DNA of 62,652 nt, filler included, from Octopus bimaculoides (lineage: Eukaryota), in assembly GCF_001194135.2 (NCBI RefSeq). It is 5 parts of 4 records of this genome, joined end to end, with 100 filler letters (N's around TTAATTAATTAA, not from the genome) between each part and the next. Parts side by side here need not be neighbours in the genome. Positions count along the whole stretch, not along the records: positions 1 to 18,848 come from NC_068983.1; positions 18,949 to 42,013 come from NC_068991.1; 3 more parts are not named here. One strand, written 5' to 3'. The notes under the pieces are model-generated. The model searched no databases. It had not been told where the DNA came from and was given only the letters and a program-made list of their open reading frames with translations. This document shows, piece by piece, positions 12,824 through 26,451 of this stretch. The stretch's first letter is position 1; every line of letters begins with the position of its first letter. The position numbers and the translations under genes were made by a program.

Positions 12824-13485
12824 CTAGACATCTACAATCATATTGGCCCTGACTTCTTCAATATCATTATTGGCAACTGATTCTGGTTCTGGTTCTGGTT
12901 GCTGTTCTTGTGGCTGTTGTTGTTGCTGTTGTTGCTGTTGTCGCTGTTGTCGCTGTTGAGGTTTGGGTAGTAATTTGGGGCTGGCCGAACGTGTTTCAGT
13001 ATTGCCATTGAGTGTGACGGCCTGCACATCCTGCACGGGGCTGTGAACGCTGGAAGGTCGTGAGGCAGGACGAGGAGGAGGAACAGGAGGACTTTTGGGG
13101 AAGGAGGAGGGAGAAGTTTTGGTCAGCTCTCCTTTAGAGTTCATGGATTGTAGAAAGGACGATGAAGGCATTGAGGAAGTAGTTGACGAAGCAAGTGGTG
13201 GGAGATCAGTACCTGGTTCGCTGCTTGTGGAACTTGGTCCTCCACTTAAAGCTGAACTGGTACCAGACATTCGGTTGAATTTGACCCCACCACTACTGAG
13301 ATAAAATGGTTTTGGTGTCGTTAGTCCCAAAATTCTGCTCATGCCGCTAAAGGAGCTGCCTGGCCCAATAGAATGGGGTCTTCCACTAACACGACCACGA
13401 TCAGGACTGGCGGGCGCATCACCAGGGTTGCGATACTTGGCAATCAAAGAGTGTAGACGGTCACTGTTTGGTGACAATGGAACAT
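12824..13485 (-). CDS. Terminal coding exon of an unidentified minus-strand gene; Ser/Pro-rich disordered C-terminus with polyQ, ending ...NMIVDV*
   Basis: 662-nt open frame with higher GC than its flanks. Acceptor tttcag|AT at 13486 (phase 1), stop TAG at 12826-12824, phase matches the upstream exon (G|AT = Asp). Translation DVPLSPNSDRLHSLIAKY...PPVPPPRP...QQQQ...IVDV. Confidence 0.88.
12881..12958 (-). repeat. Coding microsatellite (polyQ plus PE repeat)
   Basis: (CAA/CAG)n and (GAACCA)n inside the terminal exon. Confidence 0.9.
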
Positions 13486-15309
13486 CTGAAACGATTTTTA
13501 AAAATTAAGTTTTTTTTTTTTTTAAAGCTGTTAACTTTCTTTTCTGGTAAAGGAGACAATCCCTAATATTTACATATACATTAAGTTTTGAACAATCTAA
13601 TCTAAACATAGTGTACTTTAATGAGAAAAAATTTCAATCTTATTAACAAAAAAATTACTATTATATATAAATATTCAGAGAATAGTAAGTCACTTAAAAT
13701 AGATAAACATGTTTTTTTATATATAAGTAAGGCCCAACATTTTAAAGCAGAATTCAACTATCTCATCTTGATTTTTGTTTTCTATCTTATTTCCTTATGC
13801 ACTCTCTCTTATCTATTCATCACCATTTTTCAATTAGCATGTTTCATTCATTCACGATGTTCACCCCACCCCCCACCGTAGTTGTCTCCCTTGCATACAT
13901 GATTATTAAATTATTTTCTGTCGCAGTATAGTAAATTTGATTTCTTTAACCCCATGGAAACAACACAAAATATGACACTTTCCCCCACTTCAAATACTAT
14001 CAGTAACAACCTCATTTTTCCTTGCAAGGAATCATTTGGATGGATCAACCTTACATCATTATTACCACTCATAGTAACCCTTTATCCATGTGCCAATGAG
14101 AGAGTTTCTGTGCATTTACTCGTCCTACTAGAAATAGCAGCAAGTATCCTTCAACTCACAACCTACTCTTTTAAATAGAAAACGGACAAATTATATAATG
14201 TGGTTCTACCTAGATACTTCTAAAACTATTGATTGGTCATGGCTGATATATCTTTGATCATAGATCTGCCTAATCAGTTTGACTAGGGCCCAGGCCCAGC
14301 ATCTTGAGATCTAATCTCATTTTTTTCTAAACCACTCATACATCCATTGCCAGCATATAGCAGCACATTTACATCCCAGCCATCATCCATATCATCATGC
14401 ATTTTCCTAGATACATCATCTTGTGCCCTCGATGTCCAGCCATTTTGTTTCCTTGATACAAGAAGTAATTATTGAGTTTTCGTCATCAATTATAACCTTG
14501 GAAATAGGGCTTCTAATATGTAGAATGATGAATACAGTACCTGCTGAGGAAATTCAAATATTCCTTAATTCTCAACAGAAAAACATTCTCAGTATCTTAA
14601 AACTTATTTCATACATAAGGGGCCCACGTGAAAATTCTAAGTTCTAAAGATAACATGTGAATATAGTTATACGGCTAATCTTTGTCTACATTTCTGAGAC
14701 AAGAAATTATCAAGTATCTCTACAATGTTTTGGCCATTGTACCCCCATCTTCTTCAGGAACCAGTCATGCCAGTTATGTTCAGTAATGTTCATAGAATTT
14801 CAGGTGGAATAAACAAGACACATCATAAGTTTCAGAATGGTCAATACAAGAACATCTCTGGCATGGACAGTGGTAGAAAAAAAAAACAAGAAACCTCTAC
14901 ACCCTTGAATTGAATACAGGGTTTGGTTCGTAATTCTGAGAACATAACTGAACAGATATCCTCAGGAAAGGGTCAGAGGGTACAACAACGGAAAAGTTGT
15001 AACTATAGCAACCAAGATAAAGACACTTATCTGAATATATATCAGTGTATAATGAGGTCTGCTGCTATATGTAAGAGGTGCACAATCGATTATGGCTGTT
15101 CATCCTGTTTTTCAATCTATGGAGAAATAGTTAAAATTCTTTGTATGTCTACTACATAAGCTTTGATACTGTGTGAACTGAGATCCCTGTTGACAGGCTG
15201 CCAATATTAATAAAGTGTTAAACATTTATGGTATGCAAATTAGCAGCTCCAGTTCACTGAAGCTACTGGATTTTAAAAAATAAAACAAAAAATAATACTC
15301 TTTCATGAC

Positions 15310-15540
15310 TCATTTGGATTCATAAGGCTGGTTTCCTGGTTTCTGTGGTGTATATATTTCCAGTTAGACAAAAAAACAGTTTGTTGAAAGATAACTCAGT
15401 TTTACCAGCTGAGTGAACTGGAGCAACATAAAATGAAGTGTTTTGCTCAAGAACACAATGCATCGCTTGGTCCAGGTATTGAAGCCACAATCTTATCATT
15501 ATAGGTCCGATACCTTAACCACTAAACCATGTGCCTCTAT
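15310..15540 (-). mobile_element. Old tRNA-derived SINE with CORE-like segment
   Basis: aagtgttttgctcaagaacacaatgca segment plus a decayed tRNA-like head (reverse ggcacatggtttagtggttaagg). Confidence 0.5.
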
Positions 15541-15804
15541 TCTACTGGATTTGATGTCTATGTAAACAGCTTAGTTGCTTATTTCTCTGGAATTGGTCAA
15601 GAGATGTACACACTTCTGATGAGACCCAATAAGGATTGAAAATCAATGAAAGCAGTTCATTTTCTCAATCTATGAAGAAGTGTTTAAATGTGCCATTCTT
15701 GTATGTCTGCTACATAGTTCATATATATATAGGTATAATATTATCAAGTGCATCCTTTCAGATAGTTAATTTACACTCTGCTAAAGATCATCACAGTAAC
15801 TTAC

Positions 15805-15904
15805 CTGAGGATTTTGAAGCAGCATCCACTGAACTGAGACTTTCTGTCACTGAAGCAGAACGCAATGTAACACTAGGGTAGTCTTCCATTATTTGCTTAA
15901 GTGA
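15805..15904 (-). CDS. Internal coding exon of the same gene (SLKQIMEDYPSVTLRSASVTESLSSVDAASKSS)
   Basis: Acceptor ttctacttgcag and donor CAG|gtaagt; 100 nt, phase 0 to 1, in frame with both neighbouring exons. Confidence 0.85.
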
Positions 15905-16151
15905 CTGCAAGTAGAAGAACAAATCAAATGGTAATACATTACATAACAACAGCAATGATATCTTATTTAATATACTTAGACAGCAGTTCAAATAGAGATA
16001 AGGGAACTTTTGCTTCACATAGCTTCCAAGACACAAGGTGCCTGAACAATTTGATGACAGTGATAGCAGATAACACAGGTATACAGACACACACACGTGT
16101 ATGTTGTATGTATATGTACATGTGCGTGTATACATATATATATATATATAT

Positions 16152-16336
16152 GGCGTTAGGAAGGGCATGGCGTTAGGAAGGGCATGGCGTTAGGAAGGGC
16201 ATCCAGCTGTAGAAACTCTGCCAAATCAGACTGGAGCCTGGTGTTGCCATCCGGTTTCACCAGTCCTCAGTCAAATCGTCCAACCCATGCTAGCATGGAA
16301 AGCGGACGTTAAACGATGATGATGATGATGATGATG
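16152..16336 (+). mobile_element. Retroposon 3' fragment (family D) with (GAT)n tail
   Basis: ggcgttaggaagggcatccagctgtagaaactctgcc...ccaacccatgctagcatggaaagcggacgttaaacgatgatgat. Other copies at 5935-6230(-), 2560-2780(-), 16540-16850(-), 60810-60865(+). Confidence 0.85.
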
Positions 16337-16493
16337 ATATATATATATATATATACATAAAATTTAATAATAGGATAAAGTCTTTATCAGAATTTATCAA
16401 GTAGTTAGCATGAAAAAACCTCATAAGGGGAAAAAACCATCATTTATTCCCTATAAATATATTTATTAATTTATATAAGGGCATTACTATACA

Positions 16494-16536
<43 letters not shown>

Positions 16537-17098
16537 TATATCATCATCATCATTTTAATGTCCACATGTTCATGCTTACATGGGTCAAACAGGATTTGTT
16601 GAAGAAGATTTTTTTTTCTCTACAGCCAGATGCCTTATGCCACCAACTATCACCTGTTTCCATATAAGGTAACATCTTATAACTAGACAGATTTTTCATG
16701 AAAGAGAGGAAACAAAGGACACTTGCATGATGGTGACACACGTTGTCTGTTTTAGCATGGTCTCTATGGTTGAATGCCCTTTCTAATGTCAACCAACAGA
16801 GTGTACTGGGTGCATTTTATGTGGCACCAGCGCAGGAGCTTTTTACATGGCACCAGTGGGGTCCCCAAATAGCTTGCAGTGTGTATGGTTGAGGCTTCTT
16901 TCAAGTTTCCATCTACCAAATCCACTTGCAAGGCTTTGGCCAGCCTCGGGTTATAGTAGAAGACACTTGCTCAAAGTGTCATGTAATGGGACTGAACCTG
17001 AAACCATGTGATTGGGAAGCAAACTTCTTACCACTGAGCTACACATGGGACTATCTAACTAACATAAATGAATTCAAAGACATTCAGCATGTACTTAC

Positions 17099-17148
17099 AT
17101 TCTCATTTTCAGCCACAGGTTCAAGAGGAGAAAATACATCTCCGTTTT
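17099..17148 (-). CDS. Internal coding exon of the same gene (xNGDVFSPLEPVAENEN)
   Basis: Acceptor ttttcttttctttctag and donor AAT|gtaagt; 50 nt, phase 1 to 0, matching the phase-0 start of the next exon. Confidence 0.8.
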
Positions 17149-18173
17149 CTAGAAAGAAAAGAAAATATAAGAAACTATATCAATCAAATTAATCAATATT
17201 CAATTTAATTCTTTTGCAGCATGACAAAAAAGAAAGAAAAACAGGAAAATCATTTTTAAAAAGCATACAAATTGCTTTTTTTTTTTTTTTTNNNNNNNNN
17301 NTTTTTTTTTTTGTTTAACTTCTATATCAATCATAGTTTAACAGAATTATGATTGAAATATTCTAACTGTGACAATCACTATCTTTGTGTATATTTTTCA
17401 TTGATTCAATTGTTTGTTTGTTTGTTGTTATTTATGGTTATTGATTGTTTTATAAACAGTTGCTACTGCTCGCTTGCAACTTACCTTGTGTTTTACATAT
17501 TCTATTAGGAAAAATATCCATGGTTTATCCACTTCAAAATCTAACTGCAATTTATTTAAGGCTTGAAAGGGAATTAATGTCATTAATTTCCAGGGATCTG
17601 ATATAAGCAAATTCAAAGCAAGAAGTTTTCTCGGGTAATGTAACACCAACACCACCACAACCACCAACAACAACAACAACAACTGTTCTTCATTTCATTC
17701 CTTTTTAAATTACATTTAATTGTAGCATCCTTGTCATTTTTCATTCACTTTCTATGCAGGCATGGTTTAGACAGATCATCATTGTCTGAGCCAGTTCTTT
17801 TTTGCTGATGAATGAGTGGTGTAAGCCATATGCTACTTATACAATAACACCATAAAATTTTTTCCATGGAACTTTCTTTCCTTTTTCTCTTCTCCGTCTC
17901 TGACAAAAGACAACAGACCAAAACAATATACTTGCCTCAGTTTCTTCAATACTCTGTACCCCTTTTTTACCTTGTTTTTTTACCCGAGTTCTTTAGTTCA
18001 TTGTCAACTACTTATAGCCATGCTAGAGACCTACTGTGTGTACCATATTTCCTGAGACACAAGTCAACAGAATATGTAGTATAAACATTCAAACATTGTT
18101 GCTATCTTTCCAAATATTGTTGCCTTTCACATGGAATTTCTGGTCCTCATAGTTATCTTGTATGTTGACCTAC

Positions 18174-18196
18174 CTGTTCTGGCTGTAAATTTTGCT
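18174..18196 (-). CDS. Candidate 23-nt microexon of the same gene (AKFTART if phase 2 to 1)
   Basis: gaatttttcag|AGCAAAATTTACAGCCAGAACAG|gtaggt; can join exon 17148 in frame (G|AA = Glu). Confidence 0.45.
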
Positions 18197-18848
18197 CTGA
18201 AAAATTCAACTTGTATGCCAGAAAATGTGGTATGAAGTATATCTTCATTTTATTGACTGCTTATTTTATATTCTTTAATACTAGTTATGTGTTTGAAATT
18301 GTTGAAACAGTGAGTTGCTACGAGCTACTCTACATTGATTTCTATAATAATACATTTGTATAATAATACATAACCTGCTGAAAAAATAACTAATCTGTCA
18401 CATATGAGAGAGACCTATCCTAGTGACATTTAATATCTTCAACGGGGATTCATTGTCATATTCCTTTGGTAAAGAATGCAATTATTGTAAAACAAACCAT
18501 CATCATCATCAACATTTAACGTCTTTTTCCAATACTTAATTGACCTATAAAATCACCTGCACCATATATATATATATATAAAACTTACTTGGAAAAGGAT
18601 GCGTGGCGTTCGATCATATAATAATATAAATAATATATAAATATGTGCATATATACATACATATATGTACATACCTACATATATATATATGTATATATAC
18701 ATGCATATATGGGTACAGAACATCAAAAAAACGTTAAACACAATGAGAAATGAAAACAAAAACGAACTTTTTTCCAACAACGAAAAAACAGAGAAACGAG
18801 ACATCCTTTCTGTTTTTCTCTTTCTGTTCACCCTTTCCCTATTCTTCT

Positions 18849-18948
18849 NNNNNNNNNNNNNNNNNNNNNNNNNNNNNNNNNNNNNNNNNNNNTTAATTAA
18901 TTAANNNNNNNNNNNNNNNNNNNNNNNNNNNNNNNNNNNNNNNNNNNN
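18849..18948. other. Artificial scaffold spacer 44N-TTAATTAATTAA-44N (also 42014-42113, 47413-47512, 60647-60746)
   Basis: Four identical 100-bp spacers carrying a six-frame stop linker; an assembly artefact. Confidence 0.97.
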
Positions 18949-19320
18949 AGCAGATGACAACGTTTCTCTAAAAGAAATGGAAAAACTTTCAAAATACAAA
19001 GACCTGGAAATAGAGATAACTCGAATGTGGAATCTAAAAACAGAAACAATTCCTGTCATAGTAGGTGCCTTAGGTATAATAAAAAAATATTCAGACGAAT
19101 ACATAACAAAAATACCAGGACTTACAAATATATATAACATACAGAAAATTGCACTACTGGGTACTGCACACATTCTACGCAAAACACTTTCAATACAGTA
19201 AACATAAGAGCACCACAGCAAACCACAGCACATACCCAAGGCGCACAGAGCTGCGCTCGGTAGTGAAGTGAAAGCACGTTATAAAAATAAAACTACTGAA
19301 TAATAATAATAATAATAATA
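18949..19320 (+). mobile_element. 3' fragment of an RLE-type non-LTR retrotransposon (R4/Dong-like) with (TAA)n tail
   Basis: Open frame KEMEKLSKYKDLEIEITRMWNLKTETIPVIVGALG...LLGTAHILRKTL* is typical of the restriction-like endonuclease C-terminus; short 3' UTR then (TAA)n; 5' side lost in a gap. Confidence 0.88.
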
Positions 19321-19900
19321 ACAACGACAGCAACAACAAAAACAACAGCAACAATAGCAACTAAAACAACAACAAATAAAATAAATGGACAATAACAGAT
19401 AAAAATGAAAAATATAAAAAGTAATCAACTGACTCCCAACCATGACAAATAGTAACCCTGAACAAAACAACAAATATCTCAACCTTAGTAAGTCACTAAT
19501 CTAAAGATGGAAAATCTTCAGATTACAAAAAAACTGGTTCCGTCTTGTAGTGAACTAACGAATATAATATGAACGTATAGTTCAGCGTACAAATTATTTT
19601 GAGTAATGACAATAAATTGATTTTTATTTAATACACGAAGTGTATTTATCAAAAATTTAGAATTTCAATTTGTATTTTTCATATTTAAAAACTTTCTTCA
19701 TTACTTTCACGGTGCACCTGACAATATCTTGTGGCGCCAGTGTACCACGGCACACCGTTTGAGAGCTTCTGATCCAATCCTTTGATAACATATTCAGAAA
19801 CTTTGTTTAAGGAAGCCAAGTAGTTATTGTTGCGAGGAATATAACTCTGTACTTATACTTTGTCTGAAGTTTTGGAAAGAAATGTATAAAAGTGAACTTC

Positions 19901-19902
<2 letters not shown>

Positions 19903-19964
<62 letters not shown>

Positions 19965-20343
19965 TATATTGATGATGATGATAATGATGGTTGTGAAGTT
20001 GATGATGATGATAATAATGGTTGTGAAGTTGATGATGATGATATAATGATGATGATGGTTGTGGTGAAGATTATTGTTGCTGTTGTTGATAGCTAATAGC
20101 AATGTAGTCATTGTGTAGCCTGAATCAGTCAGTCCTGACTGGGCTGACCGATCAAAGATGTTGCAACCAGAAGCAAACCGTTTCCTGGTATATATCGAGG
20201 ACTTAACATTGTCTGACGCGGGAGAAAGGGATGTTATTTCTCGCAGGTTGTGCGGTCGTGTAGAGGCTCTCAGTGTAGTTGCTAGTGGTGTACTTTATTG
20301 GTAGTGAAGGGACTCATGTAGCAGCAGCAGCAGTAGCAGCAGC

Positions 20344-20384
<41 letters not shown>

Positions 20385-20411
20385 CAGTAACAGCAATAAC
20401 AGCAGCAGCCG

Positions 20412-20470
<59 letters not shown>
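19903..20470. repeat. Compound (GTA)n/(GAT)n/(GCA)n microsatellite field
   Basis: Direct inspection; includes a duplicated 30-bp unit near 19971-20030. Confidence 0.95.
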
Positions 20471-20743
20471 TTTGTTGTTGTTGCTATTGTCGGTTGCTGA
20501 AACAGTTGAACTCTGCTAATAGCAAACACGAACAGCCACGGTACTTCCAGACATATACAGCACGTATTTATATATACATGGTAGACACCTGCATACATGA
20601 GGACACATACACATGCACACATTACTTACACACATACATAACACATACGTACGTATATACATACACATATATACATAAACATATATACACACACATACGC
20701 ATACAAGCACTCAAACATTAATACATACATACATGTGTGTATT

Positions 20744-20791
<48 letters not shown>

Positions 20792-21132
20792 TTCCTTTCC
20801 CGAGTGTCCAATAACACTATCCGTATCAAGTCCTCACTCTGTTGCTTTTTTGTTATTGTTTTTTGTGTTTTTTTTTAACTATATATANNNNNNNNNNNNN
20901 NNNNNNNNNNNNNNNNNNNNNNNNNNNNNNNNNNNNNNNNNNNNNNNNNNNNNNNNNNNNNNNNNNNNNNNNNNNNNNNNNNNNNNNNNNNNNNNNNNNN
21001 NNNNNNNNNNNNNNNNNNNNNNNNNNNNNNNNNNNNNNNNNNNNNNNNNNNNNNNNNNNNNNNNNNNNNNNNNNNNNNNNNNNNNNNNNNNNNNNNNNNN
21101 NNNNNNNNNNNNNNNNNNNNNNNNNNNNNNNN

Positions 21133-21470
21133 TGGCACCTTGGGCAAGTGTCTTCTACTATAGCCTCGGGCCGACCAAAGCCTCGTGAGTAGATTTGGTA
21201 GACGGAAACTGAAAGAAGCCCGTCGTATATATGTATATATATGTATGTATGTGTGTATATGTTGTGTATCTGTGTTTGTCCCCCCAACATCGCTTGACAA
21301 CCGATGCTGGTGTGCTTAGGTCCCCGTAACTTAGCGGTTCGGCAAAAAGAGACCGATAGAATAAGTACTAGGCTTACAAAGAATAAGTCCTGGGGTTGAT
21401 TTGATTCGACTAAAGGCGGTGCTCCAGCATGGCCGCAGTCAAATGACTGAAACAAGTAAAAGAATAAAAG
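21133..21470 (+). mobile_element. tRNA-derived SINE family B (internal TA/TG microsatellite)
   Basis: ggcaccttgggcaagtgtcttctactatagcctcgggccgaccaaagcc...ggccgcagtcaaatgactgaaacaagtaaaaga. Related pieces at 47102-47255(+), 42134-42357(+), 30805-31045(-), 39390-39610(-), 5780-5925(+), 7105-7215(-), 16870-17045(-), 40400-40515(-). Confidence 0.88.
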
Positions 21471-21543
21471 AATATATACATACATACATATATACATGCA
21501 TGCATGCGTGTACACATACATACATACATACATACACTTGTAG

Positions 21544-21591
21544 AGCGTTAGAACTTGACAAGTCAATGTACCGGGAAATCACTGAAGCAAG
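21544..21591 (+). CDS. Candidate exon of a plus-strand gene (ALELDKSMYREITEA)
   Basis: cacttgtag|AGCG...GCAAG|gtaaca; 48 nt, phase 2 to 2, protein-like composition between microsatellites. Confidence 0.42.
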
Positions 21592-23416
21592 GTAACACTT
21601 TGGTACTTGTCTGTCAACAAGTAAAGCTGATTGGCTGCTGTCAAGCATCTGAGTAGATCAAGAGACACTCCATCAACAGCGCTGCGGAGAGAATGGTCTC
21701 TTATTTCTCAGCCACTTTTATAAAGCTACCAGACGCTGCTGTTACTTCTATAATAATAACAATGACGACCAACATTGAAGCAAGCGTCGTCGGTAGCCAT
21801 AATGGCGGAGCTACTGGAGATGGTGTTGGTGACGTATGCAGATATCCAGAAGATGGCGGCGAGGGAATCACTACTGATAGTAAAAGGTAGTAACTGTGAT
21901 GGTGCTAAAGGGAAGGAGAAGATGGGAGAAATACAGAAAAAGGAACTGGAAATATAGAAATAAATAAACAAATGAGTAAAATGTAGAAAAACAAAATATT
22001 GCGACAGAAGTAAAAAATGATTGGGAGCAGAAGAGATGGCTTTGGTGATAGAAATGACTGGAGACTACGAGCAATATTTCAGCTGTGATCATCCTGTTTT
22101 AATTTTAGGGATATACAGGTCTACCTCTCTTGCGTACTTCTCTATTTTAATGTGGTGGGTATGATTTGATGAAAGTTGTTTTTTTTGGCTGCTATTTCTA
22201 GTAGGTTGTGTGACCGAATACAGGCTCATGAAATAGAGAGAATCAGGACTGTACGGCTGATATAAGGTAGCGAGAAAGCCCACCGTCACCTAGACCACTG
22301 AGATACCTGGGCAAACCATAAAACACCAAAAATCTCTCATCCTTTCTGAAGAAGAGGTAAGCACAGAAGATTATAACAGCTGTAAGAAAATAGGGTTCGA
22401 CAATATTTTTCTCAATCTTTCTTCCTCACACACTAACAAATCTGTTTCTTTTGCTCCGTATGTTCTGCTTTGCACATACATACACTNNNNNNNNNNNNNN
22501 NNNNNNNNNNNNNNNNNNNNNNNNNNNNNNNNNNNNNNNNNNNNNNNNNNNNNNNNNNNNNNNNNNNNNNNNNNNNNNNNNNNNNNNNNNNNNNNNNNNN
22601 NNNNNNCTCATCGATGAAAATCCACTATCACATAAAGAAAAATTAATAATTAAAAGCACAATAAATGAGTATAATATAATACAAAGTAAATATCATAAGA
22701 TAAACTATATATTTATATATATTTTAATCTGTTAAGCTCAATTTAATTTTAATTTTTTATAAATTGATTTTAATTGAGTTTTTACCTGTAATTTTGGATT
22801 TTGTCCCTAATATTATTATATATATATATATATATGTTTGGTTAATAAAATCAAAATAGGATAAAAATCTTTTACAAGAATTTTATCAGGAAGCTAGTGT
22901 GTAAAAAAATTCGTAAGGGAAATTTCTATTCCCAAGAATATACTTATTCGTTTATATATATATAAAGGGCATTACTACAGAATAATGCCATATATATATT
23001 TGAAAAATGAGTAGAGATGGCTCTTTTTGAGGGGGTAATGGGATCATTTTTATTTTAATCTTAATAATAATGTTTACGTCTTTTCCTTCACATAGCCTCT
23101 TACAATTGGCTGAGAGCATCAAAGTAAAACTCTCTATGATCATCTACCTACACAGAACAAATTCAATGAACAGTATATTTCCATTCAAAAGAGATATTTA
23201 ACATCACATTATCATTAAGATTAAAATAAAAATCATCCCCTCGAAAAAGTCATCTCTACTCATTCTTTCAAATATATATAATACTGTACTAAGGACTTTC
23301 TCTTTATTATTCAATTATATATATATATATATATACATACATCCACATGCTTGTATACATACGTACGTATACACACATACATACATGAATATATACAAAC
23401 AAACATATATATATAA

Positions 23417-23447
<31 letters not shown>

Positions 23448-23796
23448 CATACACATGCATATACTTATACATATTCATATACAGCATATTCATACGTGTA
23501 TGTACGCCTGTATATAAATGTTTATATACGTACGTGCATCTATGTATATATGTATATTGGGAGCGAACTCGCAGCAAGCTGTTTGCGGACCAGTCTTAAC
23601 CCTCGGTGGGGTGGTATCAATGTTGTTTTATCGACGTCGCTAAACACTGTCAAGAGTTCATTTATTTACTAAGATGTTCCACACTCTTTAAAGATAGTAA
23701 AATTTTGTCACCCAATGATGTATTCAGACACTCATTTCCGTATATGACACTTGTGCAATAGAACAAAGATTGCTAGTCATTACCACCAAAGCACGC

Positions 23797-23801
23797 GCGC
23801 G

Positions 23802-23890
<89 letters not shown>
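23797..23890. repeat. (CA)n microsatellite
   Basis: Direct inspection. Confidence 0.97.
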
Positions 23891-23891
<1 letters not shown>

Positions 23892-24789
23892 CACACATTC
23901 ATATACACACATTCTCACGCATCGACGTACCTACATGTAATGTATTTCCAGTCCACTTTTCACACAGACGTTGTCAAAAGTGGATCTGATTTATCGAAGC
24001 ATTTATTTGGTCAATTAGGTGATAAATGGTTCGCTTTTGTGGATGAACTAAAGCGTGTCAGGTTGTCAGGCAGAGGCATCAAGGTTTACGCATACACTCG
24101 TATATATATATNNNNNNNNNNNNNNNNNNNNNNNNNNNNNNNNNNNNNNNNNNNNNNNNNNNNNNNNNNNNNNNNNNNNNNNNNNNNNNNNNNNNNNNNN
24201 NNNNNNNNNNNNNNNNNNNNNNNNNNNNNNNNNNNNNNNNNNNNNNNNNNNNNNNNNNNNNNNNNNNNNNNNNNNNNNNNNNNNNNNNNNNNNNNNNNNN
24301 NNNNNNNNNNNNNNNNNNNNNNNNNNNNNNNNNNNNNNNNNNNNNNNNNNNNNNNNNNNNNNNNNNNNNNNNNNNNNNNNNNNNNNNNNNNNNNNNNNNN
24401 NNNNNNNNNNNNNNNNNNNNNNNNNNNNNNNNNNNNNNNNNNNNNNNNNNNNNNNNNNNNNNNNNNNNNNNNNNNNNNNNNNNNNNNNNNNNNNNNNNNN
24501 NNNNNNNNNNNNNNNNNNNNNNNNNNNNNNNNCGTATTTCCTTTTCAAATTTCTCAAATTTCTTTAACGATATTATGTCATCGTTAAAGAAATTTGAGAA
24601 ATTTGAAAAGGAAATACGAAACCGGTTATTTCTCCAAAACAATGTTACTACACAAAGTTTTATAACATTTTTCTAACATGACGATTTAAATATATTCTTT
24701 AACCATATAATACAAGTCTTCTGTAGTTTTTTTCATTCTATTTTATCTTTTATACATCCAACCACGTGCTTTCACATACCAGTTCTCTC

Positions 24790-25826
<1,037 letters not shown>

Positions 25827-26451
25827 GTGTAGTAGGCTTTGCATGAAAAATTTGTCTGAGATTGATAAACGTTTTAAATGTTTGTCTTAAGGTGAAGGCA
25901 ATATAAGTTATAAAAGATATGATACAAATTGATGGTTTCTACGTTTACCTTGTATTGCAATATTTTGGGGGTTAGGACCTCTTCTTCAGGAAATTTTCGG
26001 AGAAATGGTGTTGTGAGCTGATTTCTCTGTTCTGTATGGTGAAGACAGCACACAGCTAATACTAATCAAACAAACAATGAAGAGCTATATGACACTGTTT
26101 GCTAACATATATCAGCAAATAAAGTCATATAAAAATCTTACCCTTTATTATTTATGTAATTGTAATTATACTCTTTGGTTAATGTACCAGCCCAATCTAA
26201 CCCATATACATTACTGTACATTTCAGCGGTCATTCTGTTATCTAGTTTCTTTTCACGGGGTACTTGCTGAGGTACTCGTCTGTATTTCTGTAATCTTTAT
26301 TCTCCTCCACTATATGTATGTGTGAGTGTCTGTGTCTGTGTGTGTTTATGTGTGTGTATGAATCTGTGGTATGTATGTATGTATGTATGTATGTATGTAT
26401 GTATGTATGTATGTATGTATGTATGTACGCACACATACACACACATATATA

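Noticed and set aside
13900-15200. Several 60-80 aa plus-strand ORFs in the intron before the terminal exon
   Set aside because: No consistent splice sites or motifs; probably very old repeat debris that I could not classify.
16152-16202. Three identical 17-bp direct repeats resembling a CRISPR array
   Set aside because: No spacers, no cas genes, eukaryotic context; it is part of a retroposon.
18893-18904. TTAATTAATTAA islands between N runs (four times)
   Set aside because: The identical 44N+12+44N layout marks a synthetic six-frame-stop scaffold linker, not a biological motif or piggyBac site.
21693-22092. Overlapping ORFs with Gly/Asp-rich or E/K-rich appearance
   Set aside because: Low-complexity GA-rich non-coding sequence with no splice support.
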